A stretch of DNA of 64,000 nt from contig CAZTCD010000006.1 in assembly GCA_964612065.1 (NCBI GenBank), positions 172 through 64,171 on the forward strand. The letters run 5' to 3'. Position numbers and translations under genes: made by a program. The DNA is from an uncultured Bdellovibrionales bacterium (GTDB lineage: Bacteria > Bdellovibrionota > UBA1018 > CAIPTA01). The notes beneath the pieces were generated by a model. The model ran no database searches and was not told where the DNA came from. It saw only the letters and a list, made by a program, of their open reading frames with translations. Positions within the stretch are counted from its first letter, which is position 1. Every line of letters begins with the position of its first letter. Positions 18,533-27,239 of this stretch are shown here, in pieces.

Positions 18533-19306
18533 ATGGGAATTCAATACCTTCTCGTTTTGCTGGTGGCTCTTCTGCCTGCCGTTTCAGCCAGGGCCGCTCC
18601 CGATTTCAGCGATCGCCTGCAACTGGAAAAAATCCACGGGCCAAAAGAAGTGAAAGTGATCCGGGCGGCCGGGGCTCGCGAGCAGTTTCTTTCCCAAGGT
18701 GATTCCGTATTCGTGGGCGATGAGATTCAATCCGCGGCCGGGCAGATCGTGGAGCTTTCCGCCTGGGACAAAAGCGCGTGGAAGATCGCCCCTCTCAGCC
18801 GCCTGAAGATCGAATCGCGCAAGCCCGACCGGAAATCCCTCTTCTACTGGACCATGAACCTTCTTCAGGGAGGCATGTGGGGGAAGGTGACCAAAGACGC
18901 CAAGGAAAAGGATGGCTTCCGCCTGAAAGTGAAAACCAGGTATTCCTCCATGGGAATAAGAGGTACGGAATATCTGGTGAGCGGAAACGAATCTCTCTCC
19001 AGTCTCGACGTGATCGAGGGCGTGGTATGGTGGGGCAAGAACGTAGAGTTTCCTCCGGGAAGTTACAAGGAAGTAAGGGCCGGCCAACACGCCGAGATGG
19101 GCCCCGAGGGCAAGGTGGTTCTGCACGGATCCAAAGGCGATCTTGCTGCCCTGGCCAAGGCCTACGGCGTGGTGCCTGGCGAGGATGGAATAGGTCCACA
19201 GGAAATTCATTTCACGAAAGAACAGTGCCGCGACCAGGGCAAGGGATGGAAGGCCACGGACGGATCCAATATGGGTGAATGCACCAGCGAAGGGGACAAA
19301 CAATGA
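18533..19306 (+). CDS. secreted FecR-domain protein
   Basis: Signal peptide. SMGIRGTEYLV is the FecR-like core. There is no adjacent ECF sigma factor. Confidence 0.45.
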   Translation: MGIQYLLVLLVALLPAVSARAAPDFSDRLQLEKIHGPKEVKVIRAAGAREQFLSQGDSVFVGDEIQSAAGQIVELSAWDKSAWKIAPLSRLKIESRKPDRKSLFYWTMNLLQGGMWGKVTKDAKEKDGFRLKVKTRYSSMGIRGTEYLVSGNESLSSLDVIEGVVWWGKNVEFPPGSYKEVRAGQHAEMGPEGKVVLHGSKGDLAALAKAYGVVPGEDGIGPQEIHFTKEQCRDQGKGWKATDGSNMGECTSEGDKQ

Positions 19307-19959
19307 AAGCAGCAGTGATTCTCTGTGGCTCAGGTTTCAAAGACGGAAGCGAAATCCGCGAAGCGGTAGGAGTGCTTTGGGCGCTTTCCCAGGAAGGAGT
19401 GGACGCTTCCTGCTTCGCTCTCGATGAACCGCAAGCCGATGTGGTGAACTGCCTTACCATGCAGGCTGTGGCGGGAGAAACCAGGAATCAGCTCGTGGAG
19501 GCGGCTCGGATCGCCCGGGGAAAGGTTCAGCCCCTTCCGCGCATGAATGCTTTCGAATACGATTTCCTCGTGCTTCCCGGCGGATTCGGTGCAGCGAAGA
19601 ATCTTTGTGACTTCGCCTCCAAAGGATCAGGCGGGAAGGCGCATCCTGAAGTGAGAAAAGCGCTCGAAAGCTTCCGCAATGCGGGCAAGCCCATCGGTGC
19701 CGTATGCATCGCTCCCGCGGTTCTCGCTCTCGCCTTTTCCGGAAAAGGATTGGAGCTTACGGTAGGAGCCAAAGGCGAAGCCTCCGGTGAGATTGAAAAA
19801 CTGGGCCATAAGCATGTGGAGAAGAAGGCGAATGAATGGCACTGCGATCGCCATAACAAGATCGTAACTACCCCCGCCTATATGTACGATAGCGCCCCTC
19901 TTCACGAGATTTTCGCCGGCATCCACGGATTGGTTCGTGAACTGAAACAGCTTCGCTGA
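19303..19959 (+). CDS. elbB: DJ-1/PfpI-family ElbB-like protein (glyoxalase-III-like)
   Basis: KAAVILCGSGFKDGSEI and the nucleophile-elbow region CIAP are present. Confidence 0.65.
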   Translation: MKAAVILCGSGFKDGSEIREAVGVLWALSQEGVDASCFALDEPQADVVNCLTMQAVAGETRNQLVEAARIARGKVQPLPRMNAFEYDFLVLPGGFGAAKNLCDFASKGSGGKAHPEVRKALESFRNAGKPIGAVCIAPAVLALAFSGKGLELTVGAKGEASGEIEKLGHKHVEKKANEWHCDRHNKIVTTPAYMYDSAPLHEIFAGIHGLVRELKQLR

Positions 19960-20966
19960 TGCGGATCGCTCCAGAACATCTCCTGGCCGTTTCAACGGCG
20001 GCTTTTCTCTCTGCCTTCGTATTTCTCGGAGTGCGTGCCCAGCATCGTTTCCAGCTGGAATGGCGGGAGCGCCCCTATACGCGTATGGCGCGATTTCTGA
20101 ACACTTATCGTTCACGAGAGGAATGCGATCTCGAGCTGGCAGTGCGGAGGGAGCTCACTTCCACCATCGTGGATCGCTTCCGCTCAGAGATCCGGGCACT
20201 GTGGAACGAAAGAGGGTCCGGAAATGAGCCTGCCTTTTCGCTTCTGGATTTAGGCAAGATAAAACTCCGGGTGAATCCCAAGGTGGCACCCCAGAGCGGA
20301 TTTGACCGATCGGCGTGGAGCTGGGATGAAGCTTATTCTCTTATTTTGCGCACCCAACAAAACCCCAACCATCCCGACAATCAGCAACGATGGCGGGATA
20401 TTGATTCCATGGTTCGCTACCTTATGGAGAAAGATATCGGCCGCCAGGTGCAGGGAAGAAAGTATCTTCCGCCGGAGGCCACCGAGCACAGTTTCCGCCC
20501 CAATCCGGAGGTGCGAAGAACGGGTGCCAGGGAGTTCACGGTGCGCCTGCAGCCCGGGGATTTCGCCGGCCACGAGGGCACGCTGCAGAAACTCCTCCAG
20601 GATGAATGGCAGGGGAATGGTTGGAAAGTGAAAATCGTTTGGAGCCCTTCGGCCTCCTATCGGATGCTGGCTCATTCCAATTCCAGCCGTTCCTTCGTGA
20701 ATCACAGAAAGAAAACCATGGAGATAGCGAATCTCGCGTGGACCAAAACAGTGGCACACGAGCTCGGTCATATTCTCGGATTCGACGACCATTACTACAA
20801 TGTTTGGAACGCCCGGAATTGCTATTACTCCCAGGAGAGCCGCCTGGCGGATATTATGTCGAACTCGGAAAAAGGAAGGCTTACCCCTCGCCACTGGGAG
20901 TTATTGGATAAGGCCTACCCGCTGGGGGCGGTTGGCCCCTCCGGCCCGTTTTCCTATACCTACTGA
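19959..20966 (+). CDS. HEXXH zinc metallopeptidase (zincin, unknown family)
   Basis: HELGHILGFDDHY. The start overlaps the elbB stop (TGATG). It has an N-terminal hydrophobic segment. Confidence 0.55.
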   Translation: MRIAPEHLLAVSTAAFLSAFVFLGVRAQHRFQLEWRERPYTRMARFLNTYRSREECDLELAVRRELTSTIVDRFRSEIRALWNERGSGNEPAFSLLDLGKIKLRVNPKVAPQSGFDRSAWSWDEAYSLILRTQQNPNHPDNQQRWRDIDSMVRYLMEKDIGRQVQGRKYLPPEATEHSFRPNPEVRRTGAREFTVRLQPGDFAGHEGTLQKLLQDEWQGNGWKVKIVWSPSASYRMLAHSNSSRSFVNHRKKTMEIANLAWTKTVAHELGHILGFDDHYYNVWNARNCYYSQESRLADIMSNSEKGRLTPRHWELLDKAYPLGAVGPSGPFSYTY

Positions 20967-21010
20967 GCTTTCATTTTGACCGGCCGCGAGGCCTGAAGTA
21001 GCCTTTTTGC

Positions 21011-21211
21011 ATGTGGATTTTACTATTTGCTACGATTGCCATGGCCGATGAAGCTCCCACCACTCCCCGTACCGAGGAAACGGTAACGCTCTCTGAAGAA
21101 GCTACCGCTCCTTTGTTCGATCGAATCCGCGGTGCCCATATGCGGGCGATAAAAGATGGAAAAGTGGCGGCTACCGATCGGCAGGAAGCCACTAGCTCCC
21201 AGCAGCACTGA
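21011..21211 (+). CDS. small hypothetical ORF adjacent to the IS left end
   Basis: 66 aa with no domain. It may not be real. Confidence 0.2.
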   Translation: MWILLFATIAMADEAPTTPRTEETVTLSEEATAPLFDRIRGAHMRAIKDGKVAATDRQEATSSQQH

Positions 21212-21225
21212 GAGCTTTAAGCTTT

Positions 21226-22501
21226 TATTGTGCGCGGCTAATGGTTGAAAGCGATCCGCCTCCTAGAGGTAGGATCGCTTCTAGCCACGAATTTCATCCA
21301 ATCATCGCTTAGATTTACCTGACTCAACATAATCCGCATTTTGTAAAATTCGTGGAACTTAAGCACCTTTTCCGCGATCCCTACCCGCATTGCCGGCGAA
21401 TCCAGATGCCTGCGCGGGTCCTCTTTGCTCTTCTTGATAAAGATCGTTCTCATAAAATTCTTCCAGACCATCAAAAGAGTGAAGCTTTCGATCATTCCAA
21501 TCGAATGCTTGGCAAAGGCTATCGTTTCTCGCGTAAAGGTAGGGAGCTGTTGGCGGGTCAACCGGTCCAAATGGTTAATGGCGAATAGTTTATTCCTATA
21601 GTTCCTGGCTTTTTTCGCAGACGTGATGACGTGCTCAATCTTCGTGCCCCTTGGCAGGAGCTCGATCGCTGCCCGGTACGCATAATGATTGTCGCTATGA
21701 AAAATGAGCTCCCCCTCAGATCTGGCGAGCATGCGCTTCAGTATGGAATAGGAAGCGAGTTGGATGGTGTTTCTCGGAAATCTACCATGCATTTTTGCGA
21801 GCTCCTGATCTTGCTGGCGCTGGCCGGGACTCATGCGTCCTTTGCGATTCAGGGGAGAAAAGTTGAAATCGTATAGAAAGTAGGACTCTCGGCCTACCAC
21901 ATGATTGATGTTGTTGGGCTCAAACTGAGAGGCGGAGAAGTTCTCAAGTCCGTCGTAAGCAACGGACTCGCGCACCGTCACATCTTTCGCCTTATGTGCC
22001 TGAAGCAATAGGCCCTGGCGGGCGAGTTCCTGAAAACGTCTCTGCACGGTATCGAGAGAGCATTTTAAGTCCCTGGCCAGACTGCGCCTCGACTGCCCGT
22101 GGCCCTGACGATGGAAGATTTCCTTGTAGGTGGGCTCGGTTCTGTCTCGATAGAAGAGGTAGAAAATGGAGTCCGAGAACACCTTTCCGCAGTTACAGCA
22201 GGAAAATCGGTGTGTTCTATAGGGATAGCGTGTCACTTTGCGCGACCCGTAGCGAACGAACCGTCTACCGTGTTCGCCAGATTCCAACGAGTGCCAGGAA
22301 CATCGAGGGTTAGGGCAATAAGGAGGAGATTCAAAAAGTTCAAAGGGAGCGTCAGTGGAATGAATCATCCGCTACTAGGTGCAAATAAACACCAAAGTCC
22401 GGGATTCTAAACTCTTGAAAACGGACAAAAATGAGCCCTCGAAGGGCAACTTGCCTTAGGTGGCCGTCCAAATGCGCGACAACCATTAACCGCGCACAAT
22501 C
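21226..22501. mobile_element. IS1595-family-like insertion sequence (about 1.28 kb) with 21-bp terminal IRs and an 8-bp TSD
   Basis: Left IR attgtgcgcggctaatggttg (21227-21247) and right IR caaccattaaccgcgcacaat (22480-22500). Flanked by direct repeats taagcttt at 21218-21225 and 22502-22509. Confidence 0.7.
21238..22368 (-). CDS. IS transposase with N-terminal C2C2 zinc ribbon
   Basis: 376 aa. YCPNPRCSWH...CCNCGKVF is the zinc ribbon. It lies between inverted repeats, and the 8-bp TSD is typical of IS1595. Family assignment is tentative. Confidence 0.65.
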   Translation of the reverse strand: MIHSTDAPFELFESPPYCPNPRCSWHSLESGEHGRRFVRYGSRKVTRYPYRTHRFSCCNCGKVFSDSIFYLFYRDRTEPTYKEIFHRQGHGQSRRSLARDLKCSLDTVQRRFQELARQGLLLQAHKAKDVTVRESVAYDGLENFSASQFEPNNINHVVGRESYFLYDFNFSPLNRKGRMSPGQRQQDQELAKMHGRFPRNTIQLASYSILKRMLARSEGELIFHSDNHYAYRAAIELLPRGTKIEHVITSAKKARNYRNKLFAINHLDRLTRQQLPTFTRETIAFAKHSIGMIESFTLLMVWKNFMRTIFIKKSKEDPRRHLDSPAMRVGIAEKVLKFHEFYKMRIMLSQVNLSDDWMKFVARSDPTSRRRIAFNH

Positions 22502-23280
22502 TAAGCTTTCCGGCTTCTCCGGCAGAAGTAGAGCACGAAGGGCGTAGCGGCAAGCCCAGCCAACGAGCCTATCTGGGTGAGAGTAAGCCATTCCACGCCC
22601 AGCATGCCCCGCTCCAGATCGCCGCGGTGGAAATCCATCAGAAAGCGGTAAATGCAATAGCTCGCCACGGTGAAGGTGCCCAGCCATCCGGCTGGTAGGC
22701 GGAGCCTTTTTCGAGCGAGCAGAAGAGCCGCGGTTAGGGCGAGCAGGAAGAACGCTTCGTATAGCTGCGTGGGGTGCAGCGGCAGAGATCTGAGCGGCAC
22801 GGGCACCTGGTTGTGCTCGTGGGAGAATACCCATCCGGTGAAGCCCTGGTAAGGGGCTCCGTAGCAGCAGCCTTGCAGAAAACAGCCGATCCGGATGATG
22901 GCCACGGAAAGGGGCAGGGCAGGGCATAGAGTATCGGCATATTCGAGCACATCGAGCCTTTTCCAGCGCAGCCCCAGCATGAACACGATCCAGGCCGGAA
23001 CGAAGCCGCCAAAGAGCGAAAGGCCACCCTGATTCAGTGAGAGAAGCAGGAGGGGCGATGGAGCGAACTCTTCCCAGTGAGCTGCGGCGTAGAGGGCTCG
23101 CGCTCCGATCAGTCCGGCCACGATGGAAAGAAAGAAGAGATCGATGAGGGGGGCGAGGGCCAGTTTCCTCTTTCTGGCGAGAAGCACAACGGCCACGAAG
23201 CCCAGAGCGTGAGCCAGGGCCAGAAAGAATCCATAGGATTTAACGGAAAATCCGAAGATGGAGAAGAGAACGGGCTGCAT
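22501..23280 (-). CDS. lgt: prolipoprotein diacylglyceryl transferase
   Basis: Lgt signature regions (FSIFGFSV..YG, GGLSLFGG, GCFLQGCCYG, HPTQLYE) are present. Confidence 0.85.
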   Translation of the reverse strand: MQPVLFSIFGFSVKSYGFFLALAHALGFVAVVLLARKRKLALAPLIDLFFLSIVAGLIGARALYAAAHWEEFAPSPLLLLSLNQGGLSLFGGFVPAWIVFMLGLRWKRLDVLEYADTLCPALPLSVAIIRIGCFLQGCCYGAPYQGFTGWVFSHEHNQVPVPLRSLPLHPTQLYEAFFLLALTAALLLARKRLRLPAGWLGTFTVASYCIYRFLMDFHRGDLERGMLGVEWLTLTQIGSLAGLAATPFVLYFCRRSRKA

Positions 23281-23342
23281 GCAAACGGAGCGCGCGGCGA
23301 AGCCCGGAGTGTCCGGAGCTTCCCGCTGCGCTCAAATCAATG

Positions 23343-23588
23343 TTAGTGAGCCGTGTTCGTGGAGGTACCGCTGTAGAGGTACCAGTTGGTGTCGGTGCCG
23401 GTCTGCACGTAAGTGAAGCCGTTGGTCACCGTAAAGTTCGCTGAGCCGGTGCCCGAGGCCGTATACGCCGTTCCGTTCACTGTCACGGTATAGGCGCCGC
23501 TTCCGCCGCCGCCGCCGCCGCAGGCTCCGAACACGATCATCGCAAGGCAGAACCCCGCGAGGCTTGCCAGTTTCAGTAGGTTCTTCAT
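23343..23588 (-). CDS. small glycine/threonine-rich lipoprotein
   Basis: MKNLLKLASLAGFCLAMIVFGACGGGGGGSG lipobox. Confidence 0.35.
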   Translation of the reverse strand: MKNLLKLASLAGFCLAMIVFGACGGGGGGSGAYTVTVNGTAYTASGTGSANFTVTNGFTYVQTGTDTNWYLYSGTSTNTAH

Positions 23589-23644
23589 TGTTCCCACCCT
23601 TTCCCTTTCATTTCCCCTTTTGTCCTGAACTTTCGATCCAAGTA

Positions 23645-24805
23645 TCACATAGCCCGGCCGAGGAGGCCAGGTGTTAGCTTCCGGTATCGCTTGTGCACCA
23701 GCTTGAAGATGGTGTCTTCGCTTCCGTTCAGGATGTCTTTCAGCTCGTCGCCTTTAGAGCCGTCGAGGCCGAGGTAAAGCTTCATCTGGTCCCGTGAAAC
23801 TTCGGCTTTGTTGGGATCGGCGCTCTGAGGCGCCAGCGCAATGGCTGCACCCTCTTCCGCGGAAGCCGGGGCGCGATCCACGCTTCCGTTTTCACCGGTA
23901 GCAGGTGTTTTGCCTTCCTCCGCCGGAGTAGGCGAGTTCGCCAGCATCTCGCCGCCCTGGCCGCCTTTGGAGCGGTGCTGATTGAAGAAGTCCGCCGCCT
24001 CCTGGAGCATCTCGGTTTTCTTCGCGAACGAGAACATGGAATGCACTTTCTCCAGCTTGCTCTTGAAGTCGGAGTTCATTTTCTCGGCCTTGAACGCCAG
24101 AAAACGGCGCTCGAGCTTGTTCATCAGGTCGGGATCATCAAAGCTCAGCCGGGCATCCACGATACTGGCTACGTGATTGGCGAAAGTTTCACGGCTCATG
24201 CCGGTTTTCTTTTCGAACTCGGCGGCCACCTCGCCGGTTTCACCGCGATAGAGGAAGCCCTTGTCGCGCTCGCTCCAGCGCCGTTTGGTGATGCTGCTTT
24301 CGCTATTGGTGCTTTTCCCGGAATAGCCGTCGGGCAGCCTCGCGCCTTCTCTTTCGGGGCCGGTAGGATTCACATAGTCTCCGTTCGCCACGGCTCCGCT
24401 GCCGTTTCCGCCCCCGCCACTCACGGAGGTGAGCCCGGCGGAACCCATCTTGCCGCGGCGGTTGTTGGTCATGGCATCGAGGTCGTCCATGTTTTCGGAA
24501 TTGATGTAGTTCCCGTAGCCTTTATAGCCGTAGTGAATCGCGCCCCCGATATCGAGCGAGGCGAGGCGGCTCATCGCCCGCATGCCGTTTCGGTAGCCCT
24601 CGTCTTCGGAGTCGTGAGAGCCGTTGTAGTAGTTGTTGGAGCCGTAGCCCTGGGCATCGGTCTGATTGATCTCTTTGCCGTTGTAATTGTAGTCGCGGGT
24701 GGGCTGGGCGGTCGCGGGCGTGGCAAGAGAAACGGAAAGAGCCAGCGCCCATCCGATCTGCCAGAAATTTCCCCGAGTTTTCGGAGTTTTGCTCCCACTT
24801 CCCAT
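23645..24805 (-). CDS. secreted hypothetical protein, paralog of 48169..49239
   Basis: Signal peptide. Shares EFEKKTG...DP.L and the C-terminal DTIFKLVHKRYRKLTP with the other copy. Confidence 0.45.
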   Translation of the reverse strand: MGSGSKTPKTRGNFWQIGWALALSVSLATPATAQPTRDYNYNGKEINQTDAQGYGSNNYYNGSHDSEDEGYRNGMRAMSRLASLDIGGAIHYGYKGYGNYINSENMDDLDAMTNNRRGKMGSAGLTSVSGGGGNGSGAVANGDYVNPTGPEREGARLPDGYSGKSTNSESSITKRRWSERDKGFLYRGETGEVAAEFEKKTGMSRETFANHVASIVDARLSFDDPDLMNKLERRFLAFKAEKMNSDFKSKLEKVHSMFSFAKKTEMLQEAADFFNQHRSKGGQGGEMLANSPTPAEEGKTPATGENGSVDRAPASAEEGAAIALAPQSADPNKAEVSRDQMKLYLGLDGSKGDELKDILNGSEDTIFKLVHKRYRKLTPGLLGRAM

Positions 24806-24946
24806 AGTTTCCCCTGAGGGGTTTGCTGCAAAAGTGGTTCCTGCCCCCTAAGGGTGCGGAATCACAAGGGGCGGAAAGCGCAAAATTGTAGATCTTTTAG
24901 ACAGCTGTAAAGAGCTTCGGCGCTGTATCGGAAAAGAAAGGGCTTT

Positions 24947-25708
24947 TCAGCCGAGAATTTCCCTGGAGCGACGGAAAATGGAGTCGAACATGGGCTCTGT
25001 CAGGCGGCCCGTAAAAGTGTTCTGCTGGCTCGGATGATAACTCATCAGGAGGGTGCGCCCGCTGGAGAGAAGCAACTCGGCTCCGTGACCGAACTTCGGT
25101 TTCTTCTGTTTTTCCTCGAGCAGTGGCCAGAGGGAATTCAGCGCGATGCCTCCGAGCACGAGGTAAATTTTCACCTGATCCATCAGAGCAAGTTCCTCGC
25201 GCAGATACGGCTCACATTTCTTGAGTTCGGCGGGCAGTGGTTTGTTATCAGGGGGCGCGCAGTGAGCGCTGGCGCTGATCCAGGCACTCTGAAGGTCCAG
25301 CCCATCTTTGGCGTGCACGGAGCCTGGCTGGTTGGCGAATCCTGCTTTATGGAGGGCGCGGTAGAGCCAATCGCCCGAGCGATCGCCCGTGAACATTCTC
25401 CCCGTGCGGTTTGCCCCGTGGGCAGCCGGGGCGAGGCCCAGGAGAAAAAGGCGGGCCTTCGGATCACCAAAGCTCGGCACGGGTTTGCCCCAGTAGGTTT
25501 CATGAGCAAAAGAGGCGCGTTTTTCTTTCGCCACTTTCTGGCAATGGCGGCGCAAGCGAGGGCAGAGCTCGCAACTTTCGATACGGCGCTGCAGGGCCAG
25601 GAGTTTTTGGGGGGAACTCATCCCAGCAGCCATACCACGGATCTGCTCAGGTTTCTTGGGTTCATGCGCCGCATTGTTCGAGGGCTTCCCAAGCGGAGAA
25701 GGCTGCAT
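24947..25708 (-). CDS. uracil-DNA glycosylase superfamily protein (family-4/5-like, UdgB-type motif)
   Basis: GLAPAAHGANRTGRMFTGD (motif A, GLAPA type), a CxxC near the N-terminus, and a C-terminal HPS motif. Confidence 0.6.
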   Translation of the reverse strand: MQPSPLGKPSNNAAHEPKKPEQIRGMAAGMSSPQKLLALQRRIESCELCPRLRRHCQKVAKEKRASFAHETYWGKPVPSFGDPKARLFLLGLAPAAHGANRTGRMFTGDRSGDWLYRALHKAGFANQPGSVHAKDGLDLQSAWISASAHCAPPDNKPLPAELKKCEPYLREELALMDQVKIYLVLGGIALNSLWPLLEEKQKKPKFGHGAELLLSSGRTLLMSYHPSQQNTFTGRLTEPMFDSIFRRSREILG

Positions 25709-25748
25709 TATCGTTAATCTCTAACGATTTTTCGTGAGGAGGGGCTCC

Positions 25749-27215
25749 ATGAAAAGAGCGCAGGAAATCATTTGCGATAACTTCATCGCAGGCGCTTGGG
25801 TGAAGGGCGAAGCTGGCTCGGCCGAGCAGATTTCTCCGATCGATGGGCATAAGCTCGGCTCCGTTTCTCTGCCTTCCGCCGCTCAGGTGCAGGCGGCGAT
25901 CGTTTCGGCCTCGGAGGCACAGAAAGCCTGGGGAGCACTCCCTCCCAAAGAACGCGCCAAGGTGCTCTTCGATTTCCGCTCGATTCTACTCCGCGAGGCC
26001 GATGCCATTTCTTCCCTGAAAGGCGCGGAAGCCGGAAAAACTTTCGATGAGGCCAAAGCCGGGCTCATGAAAGGGATCGAGGTGCTCGAGTTCGCGCTGG
26101 CGATCCAGAATCTTGATCTTGGTGGCAAGGTGGAGGTGAGCAAGGGCGTATGGTGCGAATACCGCCGGGAGCCCCTCGGAGTGGTGGCGAATATCACCCC
26201 CTTCAACTTCCCCGCGATGGTGCCCATGTGGACCATTCCCATCGCGCTGGCCCTGGGCAACGCCTATGTGTGGAAGCCTTCCGACAAAACCCCTCTCACT
26301 GCCAGACTGATCGCCGATGCTCTCACGGAAGCCGGCCTGCCCAAGGGAGTGCTCACCGTGCTTCATGGAGGGGCGGATACGGTGAATGCCATCATCGACC
26401 ATCCGCTGGTAAAGGCGGTGGGCTTCGTGGGCAGCACCAAGGTGGCGAAGCTCGTTTACCAGCGCGGCACCCAGCAAGGGAAACGGGTGCTGGCGCTCGG
26501 CGGGGCCAAGAACCATATCGTGCTTCTCCCTGATGCTGCCCCCGAGTTGGCGGGCCCGGGCATTTCCGATTCCTTCACCGGCTGCGCCGGCCAGCGCTGC
26601 ATGGCCGCCTCTGTTCTTCTCGCCGTGGGCGATGTGCAGAAGCATATCGATGCGATCGTGAAGCGCGCTTCTTCCCTGGTGCTGGGAAAAACCATGGGCG
26701 CGATCATCACCAAAGAGCAGGCCGCTTTTTTGCGGGAAGCGATCGGCCGTGCGGAAAAGGCGGGCGCGAAGGTGCTGCTCGACGGCCGCAAAGCAGAGCC
26801 CCCCAAGGGAATGGAGAAGGGCAACTGGATCGGCCCCACGGTGCTCGATCTGGTGGCAGCCGGAAGCGAAGCGGCCACGAACGAGCTCTTCGGCCCCGTG
26901 CTTTCGATCATCCGCTGCAAGGATATCAGCGAGGCGATGGCCATCGAGCGAGGCTCCGATTACGGCAACGCCTGCTCGGTGTTCACGAGCTCCGGCTCTC
27001 TGGCGGAGAGAGTGGTGAGAGAGGCGAGCACGGGAATGGTGGGAGTGAACGTGGGCGTGCCCGTACCCCGGGAGCCCTTCTCTTTCGGCGGCATCAATGC
27101 CTCCAAGTTCGGCCATGGCGATATCACGGGCCACCACAGCCTGGATTTCTGGTCGAACGTGAAGAAGGTAACAGTGAAGTGGGAAGCTCAGCAGAATACC
27201 AGCTGGATGGGATAA
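25749..27215 (+). CDS. mmsA: CoA-acylating methylmalonate/malonate-semialdehyde dehydrogenase
   Basis: ALDH fold with the catalytic GCAGQRCMA (Cys), and MMSDH-typical length and motifs. Confidence 0.8.
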   Translation: MKRAQEIICDNFIAGAWVKGEAGSAEQISPIDGHKLGSVSLPSAAQVQAAIVSASEAQKAWGALPPKERAKVLFDFRSILLREADAISSLKGAEAGKTFDEAKAGLMKGIEVLEFALAIQNLDLGGKVEVSKGVWCEYRREPLGVVANITPFNFPAMVPMWTIPIALALGNAYVWKPSDKTPLTARLIADALTEAGLPKGVLTVLHGGADTVNAIIDHPLVKAVGFVGSTKVAKLVYQRGTQQGKRVLALGGAKNHIVLLPDAAPELAGPGISDSFTGCAGQRCMAASVLLAVGDVQKHIDAIVKRASSLVLGKTMGAIITKEQAAFLREAIGRAEKAGAKVLLDGRKAEPPKGMEKGNWIGPTVLDLVAAGSEAATNELFGPVLSIIRCKDISEAMAIERGSDYGNACSVFTSSGSLAERVVREASTGMVGVNVGVPVPREPFSFGGINASKFGHGDITGHHSLDFWSNVKKVTVKWEAQQNTSWMG

Positions 27216-27239
27216 CGATTTAGAACGCAGGAAGGTTTT

